A DNA stretch of 64,000 bases from Lama guanicoe (taxonomy: Eukaryota): positions 11,731,957-11,795,956 of the forward strand of contig MU053881.1 in the NCBI GenBank assembly GCA_013239625.1, given 5' to 3'. The position numbers were made by a program, and so were the translations under genes. Shown here piece by piece: positions 51,701 to 64,000 of this stretch. The stretch's first letter is position 1; each line of letters begins with the position of its first letter. The notes under the pieces are model-generated. The model saw only the letters and a program-made list of their open reading frames with translations. It did not search any database and had not been told where the DNA came from.

Positions 51701-52444
51701 AACCTTGTTTTCTGTGGACAGAACTCTGTTATTAACTGTTCGAACATCTTTAACAAAAGTGCTTTAGATAGCTTTCTGTTATGTTAAACTTGGAGAACCT
51801 AGCTAATCCTTGAGTTATTGCCAAAGTAACTGAATTTTCTAACTTTTGAAGACTAAGATAAAGATCAGTTCTGTTTGGCCCACAAATAAATGTTTTCATG
51901 ATAGTAGAAGATGGATTTCTCTAGTCTGAGTATTCCCAGAGGGGCTGGGGAGGAAGGGGAATGAGTAGACAAACAAACAAAAAGCATCACTATCTCAGAG
52001 GTGCCAAAAATAGAAACTGAGATAAACCAAAGTGAAAATGATGAACGAGTCTGGAAAAATGTAAGTGCAAAGAAGGGAACAGAGTAAACAAATGGGACTC
52101 ACTGATTTTCTATAGCTATCATTCAGTTTGATAACAGAAAGAGATTTTACTTATACCATTTATGTTTTGTGGTTTTTGCAAGTATTAATATATAAATAAA
52201 TATAGTTAATATATATCCCATATTCAGGAAAGATTTAGTAGGTAATAACCTGCAGGTGTTTGCCTAAGGAAAAGTGGAGAATATTTTCATATTAAAAGAG
52301 CTACAGGAAGTTATTGAACTATGGATATAGAGCTTTGGGTGGCATACCCCCAAATGCTGGTCCCAATCAATTTATACTATCAGGGTGAGTCTTCTAAAAG
52401 TACAATAATATAACCCAGATATTAGTTTTTAGAAAATTAATTAT

Positions 52445-52898
52445 GAGTTAAGATTAGATTTACCTATAAATGCCAAAACACCTGAAATAAATTACGGCCT
52501 AAATAAAATGTAAATTCACTTCTATCTCTCAAGAAAATTAAGTCTGGAGCTAAATAATCCAGGGCTGGATTTGAGCTACATGATCATCAGGGATCTAGGC
52601 TCCTTGTTACTCAGTCATCCTTAACATGGTCCAGATGGTTATTCAAGCTGTGGCCATCAAGTTGATACCCAAACTTCAGGAAGAGAGAAGGATGAGGAGA
52701 ATATGCTCTCTAAGTAAGAACATATCCTGGAAATTGCATATGACAGTTCTTTGAGCAGAAATTAACCATGGACAGAGTTAACTGCATGTTAGCCTGAAAA
52801 ATAGAGTATTTATGTGAAATGGCCATGGCTAAAACTCTTGAGCATTACTAAAGAAGGAAACAATGGAACATGGAGGGAAATAGCAGTGTCTGGGATAT
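52445..52898 (-). mobile_element. MaLR LTR (MLT1J-like)
   Basis: aagtctggag...tccagggctgg...catcagggatctaggctcc...cattactaaagaaggaa. Confidence 0.65.
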
Positions 52899-53408
52899 TG
52901 TAAATGACACCACAACAGCTACTCCACCTTTATACCATTGGATAGCTGCAGTGTAATTTAGGGAATTGATTCCATCTCCAGCAGGGGACTCTACTGTAAG
53001 CCAATCACAGTAATAGCATCACGCTTACAAGAGATTGTTAAGGGACAGAGGACTGCGACATTCAGGGCATCATATTCCCTTGGTGGCAGTTATTGGCTCA
53101 AGGAGTGTGTGTGTGTATATATATATATATATACATACATACTTTTAGCTGAGACCGAATCATACTGAAGGGAAGGAGAATTGCTCAACATGGAAGAAAG
53201 GATTTAGGATCCAGTTTTAAGATTAATATGACAATTAGGAGAAAGAGAAAGAAATTGGATATTTGAAGAAATCAATGAACATTTAGATTAATCAAGTCTG
53301 AAGCCAGCACTAACTCTAAACCTAGTTATACACATCAATATGTTGCATTCTTTAAGCCACTTTGATATGCTTTTCTGTTAATAACAAAAAGCAGTCTCAA
53401 TTCTATAT
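52899..53408 (+). mobile_element. MaLR LTR (MLT1K-like) with an internal (TG)(TA) microsatellite
   Basis: taagccaatcacagtaat...tctgaagcc...tttaagccactttga...ttttctgtt. Confidence 0.55.
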
Positions 53409-53964
53409 GAGTCAAGTACTGTTACTAAGCATTTGTTATATAATTCCTATAATTCCTTATCCTCAGTCTTAACATCATGTGTAAAACTCTACAGCTAAGT
53501 AATATCCTTCCTTTTTTGAAAAAATTAAAAATAGGAAATATAAAGGACATAATAAATCTCTATTTCCACCAGCCTTTCAAACTTTCAATTTGTTTATTTG
53601 AAATGGTTTCTAACAATTTAATTTTTCAAACAATTTACTTTGGCATTCCATTGAGATTATTAGAAATTCAACCTGTTGATGAGTTGGGGACATGTCACAA
53701 TAGACTTAAATAACTTTTTTTTTGTTACAATTTTTATGTCTCAGGATTTAACTAGAATAATAGACTAGTCTGTGTGCTTTTGATCTCATTTCAATGCAAA
53801 ATAATAATTCTTGAATTTCAATAACTAATAGTTGCCCATGGGTGTATTTATCCTATGTCAGATTCTACTGTATTTATAATGTGTGAAATTGTAGTCTTCA
53901 CAGCAGCTTCATGGGGGTATACTGTTATTATGCTCATTTTACTAATTTAGAAATAGAATCATAA

Positions 53965-56465
53965 ATAAAACTTGCAGAAGGAAAAATAGGAAATAGGAAA
54001 GTCTGAACAGTCATATGTCAGTTAAGGAAACTGATTTAACAATAAAAGTTCTTCCCACAAACAAAACAAAACAAAACAAAACACTCTAGGCCCAGATAGG
54101 TGTACCTGTCAATTCAACATTCAAGGAAGAAATGACATCAACTGACATCAAAACTTCATAAGCCCTTTCAGCAAACAGAGTAAGAGGAAACACTGCCAAT
54201 TAATTTTATGGAGCCAGAATTACCTTGATTCCAAAACCAGAAAAAGACATTATATAAAAGAAGAGGACAAACGTCTCTCATGAACTAAGATGCAAATACC
54301 CTTAACAGAATATTGCAGAGAAAATTCTGCAATTATTGAAAGTATAATCTATTATGACCAGAAGGATTTTAGCCTAGGAATTCAAGTTTGAGTTAATATT
54401 TTTAAAAATAGAATTTACCATATTAACATAATAAAAGGGAAAAGTTATATTATCATCTTCTTAGATACAGAAAAAAATCTGAAATATTCAGCATCCATTC
54501 ATAATAATTATCATTGTCTACTCTTTCCCCTTTTATTCACTTTTGTATTTGGATGTTCAGCCACTGCACTAAGAAAAGAAAAATAAACAAAAGGCAACCA
54601 GACTGGAAAGAAAGAAATAAAGCTATTTTTATTATCAGTCAATATGGTTTTGTATGTAGAATATTCTAAGGAATTTCAAAAATAAAAACATATCAGAACT
54701 AATAATAAGTGTATTTAGTAATAGCAAAAAATACAAGTAAATATACCAAACCAAACTAAATACTACCAATGAAAAATTGTAAAACTACAGTATATATATG
54801 TGTGTATATATATATGCATACATACATATATACACAATTTATATACTTCAAAAATCATAAAAAACTTGAAATACTTAAGAATTAATTTAACAAAATATGG
54901 TGCAATATATGTATACTGAAAACTAAAAAACATTGCTGAGAAAAATCAAAGACCAATTTCAGGTCAATTGATTGGAAGACTCAACATGGTTAAAATGCCA
55001 GTTCTCCCTAATAGACCTTAAGATTGAACACAGTTTTCCTATTAGAACTGCTGCTGGATTTTTGAGAAAGAAACAAGCTTATTCTTAAATGTATACGGAA
55101 ATACAAAACACCTAAAATAACCAAAATAATCTTGCAAAAGTAAAACAGAGTTAAAGGACTAACACAGCCTAGTTTTGAAGACTGACAATAAAGCTACCTT
55201 ACTCAAGACTGTGAGGTATTGACGTAAGTATAGATACAAAGATTAAAGAACTGAATAAAGACCTGAGACATAGTTTTGCACATAATGGTCAACTGATTTT
55301 AAACAAAGTTTCAATAGTGAAAGGATAGTCTTTTCTACAAGACAAGAGAAAGTCTTCACAATCTTGCAATTAGACAAGGAATTTTTATACAAGATCAAAG
55401 AGCAGAAATTACAAAATAAAAATTTTATAAACTAGACTTTATTAAAATTAAAAACTTCAGCTATTAAAATGACACTATTATTAAGAAAATGAAAAAGCAA
55501 GTCAGTGTTTAAGAAGATACTTCTAAAACTTAGATCTAATAAAGAAAAACATTCCAGAATATTTATAAATTTTGTACAACTCTATAATTATAAGAAATAA
55601 TTTGACTTTAAAACGGGCAAAGAGTTAAATACTTCACAAAAGATATGCAAATGGCCAATATACACACGAAAAATATCCCAACTCATTAATTGTTAGCAAA
55701 ATGCAAAATAAAAGCTTAATGAGTTGAGGATACCCCAACTAGAATGGTTAAAATTCAAAAGACTAATACTATTAAGTATTGGTGAAGATGCATATAAATG
55801 GGAACTCTCATATACTGTCATTTTAGATAGTTGTTTGGTAGCTTCTAGTAAAGTTATACATACAAGAGTTCCATTCCTCAATATGGCACCTGAGAGCAAT
55901 GAAAAAAGAAATTTCCACAAAAAGACTTGTACACAAATGTCCATATGCAGTTTTTTATTAATGAAAAAATGAACAGGAAAAAATAAATTTCTATCAAAAC
56001 ACAAACAAATGTGGTATATCTATACAGTTGAATATTTCCCAGCTATAAAAAGAATATACTAGAAATTGATGCAACATGCATGAATTTGTAAGATTCTATA
56101 TGACTGCACATATGTACTATGCTGGAAAAATGAAAATTAATGTAACTGACAGAAAAAAGATGAAAGTTTGTCTGAGGTCAGCATGTCTGTGTGTATGGGG
56201 TGACAGGGAGATACCAGCTACAAAATGGCATGAGCATACTTTTTTGGAGGAAGGAACTATTTTATATCATGATAGCAGTAGTGGTTACAACAGAGGTATA
56301 TCTATATCTATATCTATATCTATATCTATCTCTATCTCTATCTCTATATCTATATATACACACACACACATATATACATTTCTTCAAACTCATCTAACTG
56401 TACACTAAAAATGAGTGTACTTTATTCTAGGTAATTTATAGCTCTATAAAGTTGAGCTAAAAAGC
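53965..56465 (+). mobile_element. Old L1M element (degenerate ORF2 plus 3' UTR) inserted into a MIR
   Basis: L1 ORF2 motifs (ctaggcccagat, ccagaattaccttgattccaaaaccaga, gattggaagactcaac, atatgcaaatggccaata) and a 3' UTR end. MIR halves at about 53820-53960 and 56470-56555. Confidence 0.85.
56297..56378. repeat. (TATATC)n / (CA)n compound microsatellite
   Basis: Seen directly. Confidence 0.9.
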
Positions 56466-56865
56466 AATGAGAGAGAAACTGAGCCACTGACAATTAAGTA
56501 ACTTGTTGGAGATCACACAGTTAGTAAATAGCAGAACTGTAATTTGAACCCTAATTCAATTTTTTTATCTTAGTTAGTTATTTACACTGATTCTTGAGAA
56601 GTTGAAAAATATTCTGAGTTGCAAGAATGAGGAATTTAAGGTAAATGATAGGACAAGGGAAGAGAAAGGAGAGAATGGCATGGCAGGCATTCACCTGAAC
56701 TAGAACTTGAATGCCATTCGAATTTGAGATAATTCCAGGGATGAGCACCCCTATCTATCTTTCTCCATAGTCTTTCTAAGTAGTTCAATTGTCACTACAG
56801 ATGATTGATTCTTTCTCTCTTATCTTTAAACTTACATTGAGTTTCTGTTCATTTGTCTTAGTAAC

Positions 56866-57233
56866 TGTCTTAGCTCAGGCTGCTATAACAGAATACCAGA
56901 AGTTTGGCAGCTTGAACATCAGACATTTATTTCTCATTGGCTGGAAGGCTGCAAAGTTCAAAGTCAAGGTGCCAGCAGACCTGGTGTCTGGTGAAATCCT
57001 GCTTGAGTTTGTAGAATGGAATTTTGTCCTTTTATCCTCACATGGCAGATAACAGAGGGAATGATCTCTTTTTATAAGTGCATTAATCTTACCTTGCAGG
57101 CTCCACTCTCATGACCTGATCTAATTCTAATTACCTCCCAAAGACTACAACTCCTAACACCATTCCATCAAGGGTTATGGTTTCAACATATGAATTTAGG
57201 GAGTGGGGGAACATAAACAAAAAGTGCATAATA
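56866..57233 (-). mobile_element. MaLR LTR (MLT1A/MLT1A0-like)
   Basis: tgtcttagctcaggctgctataacagaatacc...tcaaggtgccagcagac...taattacctcccaaag...tttcaacatatgaattt. Confidence 0.85.
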
Positions 57234-58959
57234 GTCATTCTTTCTGCCTTATAGTAACTTCATTTACCATAGTCCATCACGAAGTACCCCTTTACAGCTC
57301 TCTTTCTGCTTAATGTTCTCCATTCTCTGTAATTCAAATTCCCAAGGGAGAAAATCTGATAAGCCCAACAAATTTGGGCTAATTCACAAAAACTTTTATC
57401 ATCAATCACAGGCACAATATCCACTGCCTTTTCTTGGATGTAGTGCCCAATCTTAGATCCATTAGGTGTAGCCTATGAGATGAGGTTTATTTGGAAAAAC
57501 CCCCGCTGCCTGGATGGGATTATGAGTGTGGTAAATGCCATTATTAGCATATCTATTATAGTATATCAGTTTCAGTTTCCTCTGAAATTATAGTCAATAT
57601 TTGTGAGAATATGTATAGTAATATATTTATAAATGTATTTATGTGAACATATAGACACACATACTTAATCATACATAAAGAAATAAATTCCTCTTGGATG
57701 GCACAAATCCTAATGACTTTATAGTTCTAGTCCAGATAAGGCCTCACATTTTGTTCTTTATCCTCATCCTGTTTATTTTTATTAAATTACTCCTTTTTTT
57801 TGCAACTGTCAAAAGTGTGCATGTCTGTGTGTGTGTATGTCTATGTCTGTGTGCTCAGACATAAAGATAAATAATTTATCCCTATTAGATGTCACAGAAA
57901 AATTATGTAAAATATTCTACCTCTAATTTTTTTTCTATTGCTGTAGGATTCTTGACATGCAAATAAACAAGATTGCTTTTCATTTTTAAGACTCCTAGAG
58001 AATACTAAATTTTAATTTGCAGACCCATCCCAAAGCTCCTACACTCAAAACTCCCCCACAAGTCAAATTAGTGAATGATGACCCATAAATAGATATTTAG
58101 AACAACAGAGAGGCTAATAATAAGTAAACATTAGTCATGCCTACTGAATGGGGTGAGAATAGTTTATCCCACTCAAAAGTCATCTTAGCAAATTAATTTC
58201 TAATATCATAAGAAAAGCTCATTATTTCATTTCCCTTCTTGAATTTTTGTTTTTCTGAATAAATAGGAAAAAAACAATACAACTCTAAAATTCTGAAATA
58301 AAGAAAAGTTAGCCTCATTAAAGATAAGTCTGAATTGGTAATTTTTCTTGTTACAGAGCAGGAAGTATTGAAAGCTAGAACAATGTATAAAATATTAGTG
58401 CAAAAATAACATTTGTGAGAAAATATGTACCCTTGTATTTGAAAATAGCATCATAAATATCCATACATGTAGCTAGAAGAGGCAAAGTTGGGGGGGGGCG
58501 CAAGATGGTCCAGTTAATTTTCATGCTGTGCCATTTTGAAGAGTAAATGTGAATTTGTTAGTACAACCTTGGCTTTATACTCCTTGAACTAAATACTCAT
58601 ATTACATTGACTACTACAAATGACAGGAGATATATTGCCTATGGGAGATACTATTTTCAGCCACACCTTTTGATAAAATTAGTTAATAAAGAAGGAAACT
58701 TCCCTGTAAGTTCCAACTCTTAGTCTAAATTTTGCCTTCTAAAAACAGATTAATCTCCAGTTTATATACTGATTTGCATGTTTGAAAACAACTCTCATTT
58801 ACTGCCTCACTCCTTGCCACACTCTTCTCTTGTTCAAGCAACAAATGACTAATTTTCACTAATTTTCTATATGATATGGTTTATACGTCTTTTATAATTC
58901 TCACTATAGTTCACTCAACTGGCTACAGTTTGTCAAAATTCTTTAAAAAGTGTGTCCAG

Positions 58960-59660
58960 ATGCAGTGGATAGCATCATTTCCGCCTACCTAATATCCATT
59001 CTTTTTGTTTCTGGTAACATCGAGACTTCCATTTGGATGCTACCCATCCTTGCTTTATTTTAAGTCATCTTTGAGTTAAATTGATTGAGGTGGAGTGGGT
59101 GGAACTGAACCCAACCACTGGCCACAGCAATTGGTTCACTGAAATTGGAACTATTGGAGGAAAACAACCTCTCTTTCTATCAGCATTGCTGACAGAAACT
59201 TATAATTGAGACAACCTGTGCCTCACTTGTTACTTACATTTTCTCAGCATCTTTGTGACAGAAAGTGGCAAGAGTGGCACTTTGTGATTCTTACAGGGAT
59301 TTCTCATGTATTTGGTCACACTAGGTGTTTTGTCGTTGGCAGGACTTGTATGCAAAATAAGCAATAAAAGGAAATAATCTGCATGTTAAAAAAATCAGCA
59401 CTGCTAAATCAAAGATAAAATGTTGGAGTAATGGGTGGTCACATTGCTATTAGATGTATTTTATCTGAGAAATTATCTATTACAGAGGAAAGAAAAGGTG
59501 AGCAATAGGGAGAAACAGATCCCTCACACCACCTAGATCCAGTTGAGATGGAATCCTGTCCTTAAACTTTACAGCTATTACAGACATAAACTCCCTTTCT
59601 TACTTGGCCATCAGGAATAAGATTTCTTTTTGTTACAAGTTGAAAAGTTTAATGCAAGAG
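58960..59660 (+). mobile_element. Old MaLR LTR fragments (MLT1-type)
   Basis: cctaatatccattc...tctggtaaca...ctggccacagcaattggttca and a degenerate 3' end at about 59530-59655. Confidence 0.45.
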
Positions 59661-60065
59661 ATAATCCTCTGGGATTCAGCCCTCTTGACTCACTGCCACA
59701 TGACATTTCCTCTCTTCTATTACCCCTGGGAAGGTGGTTTATTGTACCTAAATTCATGACTATATACCTACTTTTACTAAATTTTATTTCATTTGTGTCA
59801 GAAATCATCTATCCTACGTGACTTTGTTAGACATCCAAAGTTTTGATAAACAAGCTGAGAAGATGCAAAATTACACAGTACGGCATTTTCAAAGGATTTA
59901 ACTCGTAAAAATATTTGAGTTACACTGACGTTATAAAAAGGAGCAAAAATGATGATAGAAGATTTCTGTATGGAGGATTTCTTTGGGAAAATGATGTTGC
60001 ATATTCCACCTCCACAGGGACTGAAGAGTGTGTGATGTGAAACAAATCAAAAGAGAAGTGGTTAT

Positions 60066-61598
60066 TGTGATATTGTGATTTATAATAATATGTATTTGGT
60101 CTTGTCTTCATTTCTTTTCTGGCACAGAGCTCCTAAAACCCTTGGAATTTCTCAAGTGTTGAGACTGATATAGGTGTCTTTTGTTATGTTAATGATGAAG
60201 TTTGGACTGCACCCAAGGAAGGGACTTGTTGCCAGGAAACTAGCCATGTGATTAGAGGGTGGGAACTTATAGTCCCACCCATAACCTTTGGGAAGGAGAG
60301 AGGGGATGGAAGTTGAGTCAGTTGTCAATAGCCCACAGTGAGCTATCACCTCACATCTTTCAGAATGGCTGGTATCAAAAAGAATACAAATAACAAACGT
60401 TGATGAGGATATGGAGGAGAGGGAACACTTGTACACTGTTGGTGAGAATGTAAATTGATGCAAACACTGTGGGAAACAGTTTTCTTAGAAAACTAAAAAC
60501 AAAACTACCAAATAACCCAGCAATTCCACTCCTGGGTATATATCCAAAAAATACAAAACCTAATTGGAAAAGATACATGCACCACAATGTTCATAACAGA
60601 TTATTTACAATTTTCAAGATATGGAAGCAATCTAAGTGTCCATCAACAGATGAAAGGATAAAAGATGGATAGCTGATTTCTGACACTAATGGAATACTAT
60701 TCAGCCATAAAAGAGTGGAACTTTTTTCATTTGCAGCAACTTGGGTGGACTTGAAGAGAATTATGCTAAGTGATAATAAGTCATACAGAGAAAGACAAAT
60801 ACTGTATGATATCACTTACGTGTGGAATCTAAAAAAATACAATTTAGTAAATGTAACAAAAAGAAGGAGAGTCAGATATAGAGAACAAACTAGTGGTTAC
60901 CAGTGAGGAGAGGAGTTGGGAGGGACAATATAGGGGAAGTCAGAGGCACAAATTATTGGGTGTAAGATAAGCTCAAGGATGTATTGTACAACATGCTGAA
61001 TATAGCCAATACTTTATAATAACTGTAAATGGAAAGTAACCTTTAAAATTGTATCAAAAATTTAAAAATTAAAATTAAAAAATTGCCAATAGCCAATGAT
61101 TTAACCAGTTGTGACTATATAATGAAGCCTTCAAGAAAACCCAAAAGGACTGGGTTCAAAGAGCTTCTGGGTTGGTGAACACATAGATGTACTGAGAAAG
61201 CACTGTACCTGGAAAAGGCGGGGAAGTTCTGTACCCCTTCCCATATACCTTGAACTATGAATCTCTTCTGTCTGGCTGTCCTTTTATAATAAACCAGTAA
61301 TCTAGTAAGTAAAATATTTCCCTGAGTTCTATGAGCTACTCTAGCAAATTAAACAACTCAAGGAGGGGTCTTGGGAGCCTCTAATTTATAGCCAGTTGGT
61401 CAAAAATACAGATAACATGGGCTTTTAAATGGTTCTGAAGTAGGGTGGTGATGGGAGGCAGTCTTGTAGAACTTAACCAGTGGAATCTATACAGCTAGAT
61501 AGTGTCAGAATTGAATTGAATTGTAGGACATCCAGGTAGTGTTCTAAGAATTGCTTATTGGTGTGGGAACCCTCTGCATGTTAGAATTGGTACCAGAA
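60066..61598 (+). mobile_element. MER21-like ERV LTR split by an L1
   Basis: tgtgatattgtgatttataataa...ctggcacagagctcctaaaacccttggaattt; resumes aatgatttaa...agatagtgtcagaattgaattgaattgtaggaca. Confidence 0.85.
60334..61082 (+). mobile_element. 5'-truncated L1 (ORF2 C-terminus plus 3' UTR)
   Basis: ORF track 60469-60672 FLRKLKTKLPNNPAIPLLGIYPK matches the L1 ORF2p C-terminus. TSD ttg(t/c)caatagcc at 60322-60333 and 61083-61094; A-rich tail. Confidence 0.9.
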
Positions 61599-61797
61599 CT
61601 CATTTAGTTATACAGAACTGAGACTGACAGAAGCCACTGCAGTTAAGGGGTCTTTTACTTAAGAAATCTAGAGGGTTGGAAATGGACTGCCAAGTTGGTG
61701 GCAAAACAAAGGAGTTTCTATTGGTCTGGAATTTGCCAACATGCATCCTCTTAGTTTGTCAGAAATGTGTATGTTTTCCATGCTCAGATACGCAACT

Positions 61798-61899
61798 GGG
61801 GAGAGAGAAAGAAAGAGAGAGAGAGAGAGAGAGGGAGGGAAGGAGGGAGAGAGGGAGAGAAAGAGAGAGAGAGAGGGAGAGAGAGAGAGAGAGAGGGAA
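61798..61899. repeat. Polypurine (GA/GGA)n tract
   Basis: About 100 bp of purines only, seen directly. Confidence 0.95.
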
Positions 61900-62541
61900 T
61901 GAATGAATGAGAACAAGCAGGAGATGAGATGAAATCAACAGCTGAGACAGGCAGGATTGGTGCCAGGAGTGGAGCCATTTAAAAATATTTTCAAGAAGGA
62001 TATCTGAAGGGTAATGGTGAGAGCCTGGATAGAGTGCACTACCTAAAGCAAACCAGGAAACCAGAAACTGAGTAGGGATTTGCTCAGAGAAACACACATT
62101 ACCTAGGAAACACTGGTTAAGTTTGCATCTTGGGCTTATGGAAAACCCACAAAACCATTCATGAAAGACTCATCTATCAACACTTGTGAGATCTGAAGAA
62201 TGTGCAATCCATCTTTAGATATACTAGACAAGTAAGAATTTTCCTACCCTCTGACACATCATTCTTCTCACTTCTTTTGACTTTTAAGGTGTCAAAAAAC
62301 TACAGTAAGCAAGATGAGGTGGAAGAGAGAAGGACCATGTCTCTTTCCTCAGCTTCCCACCTAGAATGTCCTGTTGGGGTGTGAGGGAAGAGTATTTCAA
62401 CTACTTTGAATCAAATAGAGAAGTTTTACTATTATATGAATTTATATTTAATTTCTGAATTGAGACTGCATTTGCAGCTTAAAATGGCTGCTAAGAAAAG
62501 TCAAGGAGCTGCCCAAGTTTTCATCTAGGGCAGTGGAAGTA

Positions 62542-62866
62542 CAGTTGACCCTCTGTATCTGCAGGTTCTGAATCCAAGGATTCAACCAATCACGGATGGA
62601 AAATATTTGAAAAAATTTTCCAGAAAGTTCCAAAAAGCAAAACTTAACTTTGCTGCATTTGGGCAACTATTTATATAGGATTTACATTGTACTAGGTGTA
62701 CCAGTAATCTAGAGATGATTTAAGGTATACGAGAGGACGTGTATAGGTTATACACAAATACCACACCATTTTTATAAGGAACTTGAGCATCCCTAGATTT
62801 TGGTACCCTCCAAAAGGGAAGTTTCTGTTCTGGAATCAATCCCCTGTGGATACCAAGAGACAAATA
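62542..62866. mobile_element. MER2-like TcMar-Tigger MITE
   Basis: TA|cagttgaccctctgtatctg...ggattcaaccaa...gtaatctagagatgatttaa...caatcccctgtggatacc; TA target site. Confidence 0.85.
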
Positions 62867-63519
62867 TATGTCTGCCCCTTTCTGAGTAAGTTTAAGAGAT
62901 AGAGGGATAAAAGAGAGATAAAAATAAAGATGATTTCTGATTGCATCACATAGGTCCTGCTTCTTCAATGTACTAGGACCTTCTTTGATTAAAGCCTTAC
63001 TCCTCTATTTTATATTCATGGATGGGTGGAAAACATTGACAACAACTTCACTAAAATCCAGATGTTCTCTCTGTATTCTCTTAATCACTCTAAATCAGGT
63101 AGACAATTTCGGAAAAAATAAAGTTAGTTTGTATTAACTAGTTTCAGTAGAACCATGTTGCTGCCAAACACATCACTTTTTTCCCAGAATATTAATAAAT
63201 GTTCTGATTAATATTTTATTCTAAAGCTAACCAAGTTACTGATGACAAGTTTATCAGCTGTAATTACTGTGAGTCACCTTACTTTCAATATCAGGATAAC
63301 CTGAATGTGTTTCGTAAGTGATTTTATCAGTATGTAAAGGCCTCTGAATGGCTTTCTTGATGACCCATGAAGATAAAGACCAATGTTAAACTGATAAAAT
63401 TTTCTGAAACCACAGAGATCAGTTTGCACTACTTCCTGTTTATTTTGCTGTTGTGTCATTTCATTGTTAAGAGTGATTAGGTTGGACAGTAAGTTTCCAA
63501 ATATGTGCTCTTCTGAAAA

Positions 63520-64000
63520 TATTTTTAAATATTAAAGATGTGCTTAATGACACTAATCGCCAAGTCACCTATGTTTAATGTTTTCCATTAAGCCAGAGGT
63601 CAAGTGATATGGTTTGATTCTTTTTGTGTAAGGTAATTGAGACCTTGGGAAAACACTAGGGAAGTATTTTCTCCTCTTCAATCCTCTAGAAAAGTTTATG
63701 TAGAAAGAGTATTACTTCTTTCTTAAATTACTTCTTTCTAAAGTTTGGTAGAATTCACCTGTGAAACCAGCAGGCCTAGAGTTTTCCTTGTAGGAAGATT
63801 TTTATACACAAATCCAATTCCTTTAATAAACATAAATCTATTTAGATTTATTCTTTTTTCTTAATGGGGCATAATTGACACATAAAATTATATTAGTTTC
63901 AGGTATACAACATAATGACTTGATATTTGTATATATTGCTAAGTGACCACCACAATAACTCTAGTTAATATTCACCACCATACATAGAAAATTTTATTCC
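63520..64000 (-). mobile_element. L1 ORF2 fragment, then a younger L1 3' end running off the window
   Basis: gtttggtagaattcacctgtgaaacc (L1 ORF2, antisense); cataattgaca...attagtttcaggtatacaacataatga (L1 3' UTR, antisense). Confidence 0.8.

Noticed and set aside
60375..60906. ORFs with protein-like sequence
   Set aside because: Frameshifted L1 ORF2 remnants and their antisense, not a host gene.
61668..62097. ORFs over the polypurine tract
   Set aside because: Low-complexity artefacts.
1..64000. CRISPR arrays, tRNA, rRNA, snRNA, miRNA hairpins; naming the host gene
   Set aside because: No such RNA genes or arrays were recognised. With no coding exon present, any gene symbol would be a guess.

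Overview
This is AT-rich mammalian genomic DNA with no protein-coding exon that I can recognise. The repeats are eutherian (MIR, L2, L3, L1M, MaLR, hAT-Charlie, Tigger). Younger L1 3' ends and ERV1 solo LTRs look cetartiodactyl, and probably camelid. I saw no Alu, B1, BovB/Bov-tA, PRE-1 or SINEC elements; the species call is inference. The main non-repeat structure is a minus-strand promoter/first-exon region at about 50987-51700. It has an EGR/Sp GC box, two palindromes, a (GA)n tract, four chained overlapping uORFs and a perfect CAG|GTAAGT donor. Further downstream on the minus strand are a strong 26-nt microexon candidate (45405-45430) and weaker exon candidates. So about 1-50986 is probably intronic sequence of a large gene with non-coding 5' exons, or of a lncRNA, and 51700-64000 is upstream sequence. 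I cannot name the gene. Repeat subfamily names come from recalled consensus sequences and are approximate. I found no evidence of a wholly new biological system; the best leads are regulatory or splicing features and TE-derived elements.
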